Part shown: piece by piece, positions 61,201 through 64,000 of the stretch
Position numbering within the stretch: the stretch's first letter is position 1
Layout of the letters: the number at the start of each line of letters is the position of its first letter
Source of the DNA: Paraspadella gotoi
Lineage: Eukaryota > Animalia > Chaetognatha
Assembly: GCA_051294375.1 (NCBI GenBank)
Contig: CM119269.1
Location: 17,408,265-17,472,264, forward strand
Direction of reading: 5' to 3'
Length of the DNA stretch: 64,000 bases
Translations under genes and position numbers: made by a program
Notes under the pieces: model-generated
What the model saw: only the letters and a program-made list of their open reading frames with translations
Told to the model about the DNA's origin: nothing
Databases searched by the model: none

Positions 61201-62849
61201 GGCTTCCCTATCAATGAAGTGGTATAATATTTCAAAGAATGTTTCAATTGTATGAAAAGACCACTCCCTTAAGTATTAGTATAAGTATAAGTATTAGTAT
61301 AAGTATTAGTATTATATTACAGAACTCTTAGTTTTTACCTTGTTCCGCCTTAGTGCATACGTAAAATTATTTCAAATGAGTTTGTGTCCACAGTATCGAC
61401 ACCGAAGAGAAGGTAGCCCACCCAGTTGTCATTTCGGAGCCTCTTGCCAATCCTAACTTTTGTCGACAACAGATGAACGAACTCCTGTTTGAAGGATACG
61501 GAGTACCTTCGGTCGCTTGGGGGATCGATTGCCTTTTTAGGTGTGTAAAAGTGAAATACTAGTATTTTATTTGGGTAGGGGATTAGCTGATGATTTCTTT
61601 CCAGCTTTTATACCAATTGCGGATCCACCCCTGATGGCCTCATCGTCTCCCTAGGAGGGAGCGATTCAACTCTCCTTCCAGTTTTGGACGGGGTCCCTCG
61701 AGTCGATGCCGCCCGACGAATAAACGTTGGAGGGGAAAATCTTATCGAGACCATGCAGAAGACCATGCAGTTTAAATACCCTGCTATGCAAGTGCGTTTG
61801 AGCTTGCGTAGTGACCGAAAAATTAGCTGAAAGGTTTTAAAAGAAACATTGATTTTCTTTCTTGAACTTTTACTTATTTAATTATTTATCAGTCGAAGAT
61901 CACAGTGGGACGATGCGAGGAAATTCTTCGCTCGTTTTGTCGCGTCTCGACGAATTTTTTTGATGACTTAAAGAAATGGAACGACGCTGACTTTTATGAC
62001 GCCAACGTAATTAAGGTTAGTAGCGGGTTTGTTTCCTGGACGTTTTTCTTAATTTAGTTCTTTTACTTATATATATTTTATTCTCTAATCTTTGTAAAAT
62101 TCTGATAAATGAGCAATGATATTTAACCAGATTCGGCTTCATTCTTCGTCTTCACCGACAAAAGAGTCGGAGGCGCGGCTGAAGAGAGAGCAGCAGGCGG
62201 AACGAATGCGAGAGATAGCGGCTCGGAGGCGGAAAGAAGTGAAGCGCAAGAAAGTACGGGGGGCGGTCGAGGAGTTGGAGAGGGAGGAAGAGAAACTCAA
62301 CCTGGAAATGGTGAGATTGACTCAGAGAATTTCACGAACCTCGCCCGATATTTTAGTTTTTTCTTCTCCCACATTAGGCTCGACTTAGACGCCTGACCAG
62401 CGTAAAGGACAAGGCCGCAGGCGTGAGCGCCGGAAGAGGCGCGGGCGATGATGGAGGCAGCAGGGGCGGAGAAGGCGAGGAAAAATTCGAGATCGAAATG
62501 GCGAATTTGGGATTCACGACTACGCAACAACTCGACAACGCTATCGCAAAACTGCGCGCAAAAATAGATCGCCTCAAGGAAAATGTGAGAACGTTTAAGG
62601 TTAACAGTCTTAACCAAAAAAATTAAAGTTTATACGAAAATAACAAAAAACGTCACGTACTAATCCCCTCCCTAGGGCCATACATCAGTCTCAAAGCTCG
62701 CTTCCAGTAATGACGTCGTCACTCTCGACGAAGCTGCGAACTCGTCGTCAAAACTTGTCTTTGATCTTCTCGAAGTTCCGGACAATCAACTTTCGGATGA
62801 ACAACTCGCCGCCAAAAAGAAACAACTCACTCTGCATCGGCTGCAACAA
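58217..62849 (+). CDS. ACTR5: Actin-related protein 5 (INO80 subunit), 5' part; incomplete in this window
   Basis: [71 protein letters not shown] and the Arp5 coiled-coil insert. Confidence 0.9.
58492..59192 (-). mobile_element. HINE-like repeat family C copy (ACTR5 intron 1)
   Basis: Homologous to 45187-45729; has an internal tandem duplication and GACG/GACA microsatellite near the hairpin end. Confidence 0.6.
59785..59935 (-). mobile_element. tRNA-derived SINE-like element
   Basis: The minus strand reads GGCCACTGGTGCAGGAGG (A box)...GGTTTTAGCCC (degenerate B box)...GTGGCC, closing an acceptor-like stem and followed by a GC-rich tail with hairpins. Confidence 0.55.
60091..60973 (+). mobile_element. 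HINE/Helentron-like family A, near full-length copy with an internal 18-bp pyrimidine tandem array
   Basis: 5' hairpin ATCGTCGCA..TGCGACGAT, 3' inverted subterminal GCGATTGCAACGGT, end CTTTTAAGATTTTT, and tandem TTCTATTCTTTCTTTCCT units at about 60640-60835. Confidence 0.65.
61008..61270 (+). repeat. About 260-bp interspersed repeat, copy 2 (ACTR5 intron)
   Basis: Near-identical to 20423-20683. Confidence 0.85.
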
Positions 62850-62943
62850 GTGATAATTTATATTTGATTTAACTTGATGTTTTGATCCACTTTACCAATT
62901 TAATCTAATCCTCAATCAATCTACTTAAGTATATTACCATTAG

Positions 62944-63179
62944 TTTTTATCTCACCAGACGGGCTTAAGCTTAAGCTCAATGAATGATTATCATCGCATC
63001 AATGAATGGCTATCATCGCAATTACTATTATATCAGTCAATCAATTATTATTATATCAATCAATCAATTATTTTTACATCAATAATTTGTTATCGCATCA
63101 ATCTTTTTTTTTTTAGATTTTTTTATTAATTTTCTTTGATAGTAACGTCTGGCGAGATCACTATACTTTAATATTTTTT
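62944..63179 (+). mobile_element. Short family B element
   Basis: Inverted subterminal repeats ATCTCACCAGACG / CGTCTGGCGAGAT with T-rich flanks. Confidence 0.6.
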
Positions 63180-63339
63180 AATTGATCCTTTATTTTTGTT
63201 GTTTTGTTGAATTAGAAGAAACGAAATTTTCGTGGAACAACAAAATAATTTTATTAGCATAAAATTTGGACATATTTCGGCTTTGTTCTTCAAGCATTTG
63301 AAAAGGACACAAAAATTTTTTTACAAACATTGAGTTGGT

Positions 63340-63343
<4 letters not shown>

Positions 63344-63380
<37 letters not shown>
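63344..63380. repeat. (GA)n microsatellite
   Basis: Directly visible. Confidence 0.95.
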
Positions 63381-63383
<3 letters not shown>

Positions 63384-64000
63384 GAGTTTCCAACAAATAA
63401 TTTAGTAAGGGACAGTGGTCAGTAGAGTGATGTGAAAATGATAAAATTTTAGAAAATTAAAATTTAGCATATAAAACATGAACATAAAAACCAATAAAAA
63501 TATTTTGGTAAATTTATTTTTTAATTTTATACATTAGTGGGCACCAGTGAGCTATATTTATATATAGTAATAAGTATATAATAGGCTAAAATTTCAAAAT
63601 ACAAATTTTTAAATTTTAAGATCGAATTTGGATTCCTTGCAAAAAGTTATTATAAGAAAGTATTATTCTTTTTTTTTAAATTCTTTCATTAAGTTAGTCA
63701 AAAATGTAAAAAACTATATTTAAGACGCCGATTTTAAATTTCCAGCTTAAAAATATAGTTTTTTGTAATTTTAACCTACTTAATGACATAATTTTTGAAA
63801 AAGATTTATACTTTCTTTTAATAACTTTTAACGAGGAATCTGAATCTGTTCTCAGAATTAAAAAAAAACCATTTTGAAATTTTGACATTATATAATAGAG
63901 TGGAGCACTTGGGAACATAAATTTTATTTGAGTGAACAAACAAGGATTTTTAGATGTGAGATCGTATGATTAAGGAGTACAAAAAATATTTTGCTTGTAT

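Overview
Eukaryotic, animal-like genomic window with GC-richer exons and AT-rich short introns (mostly about 60-180 nt). I can reconstruct 20 protein-coding genes, all on the + strand, often only about 60-380 bp from stop to next ATG: an RS/RGG protein, ZNF830, NOC3L, an ARHGAP12-family GAP, NFS1, MND1, a plant-type FKBP12, a clan-2 CYP, ATP6V1C, SLC25A38, an unknown LRR/helical protein, RPLP1, ARMC5-like, an ADD-ELM2-SANT protein, an F-box protein, a short EYA, fumarase, a 60-aa microprotein, MRPL2 and ACTR5 (runs past the last visible exon). This arrangement suggests very large operons resolved by spliced-leader trans-splicing (inference). Other notable points are an apparently novel ATRX-type ADD + MIER-type ELM2-SANT fusion, relaxed splice signals (GC donors, many AAG acceptors) and a candidate intronic single-hairpin H/ACA RNA. 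The 36.8-49.3 kb region holds a DIRS-like relic, HINE-like repeats, a fumarase 3' duplicate and a 2.8-kb-arm palindrome around an N gap that is probably an assembly artefact. Gene models were read by eye and no database searches were run.
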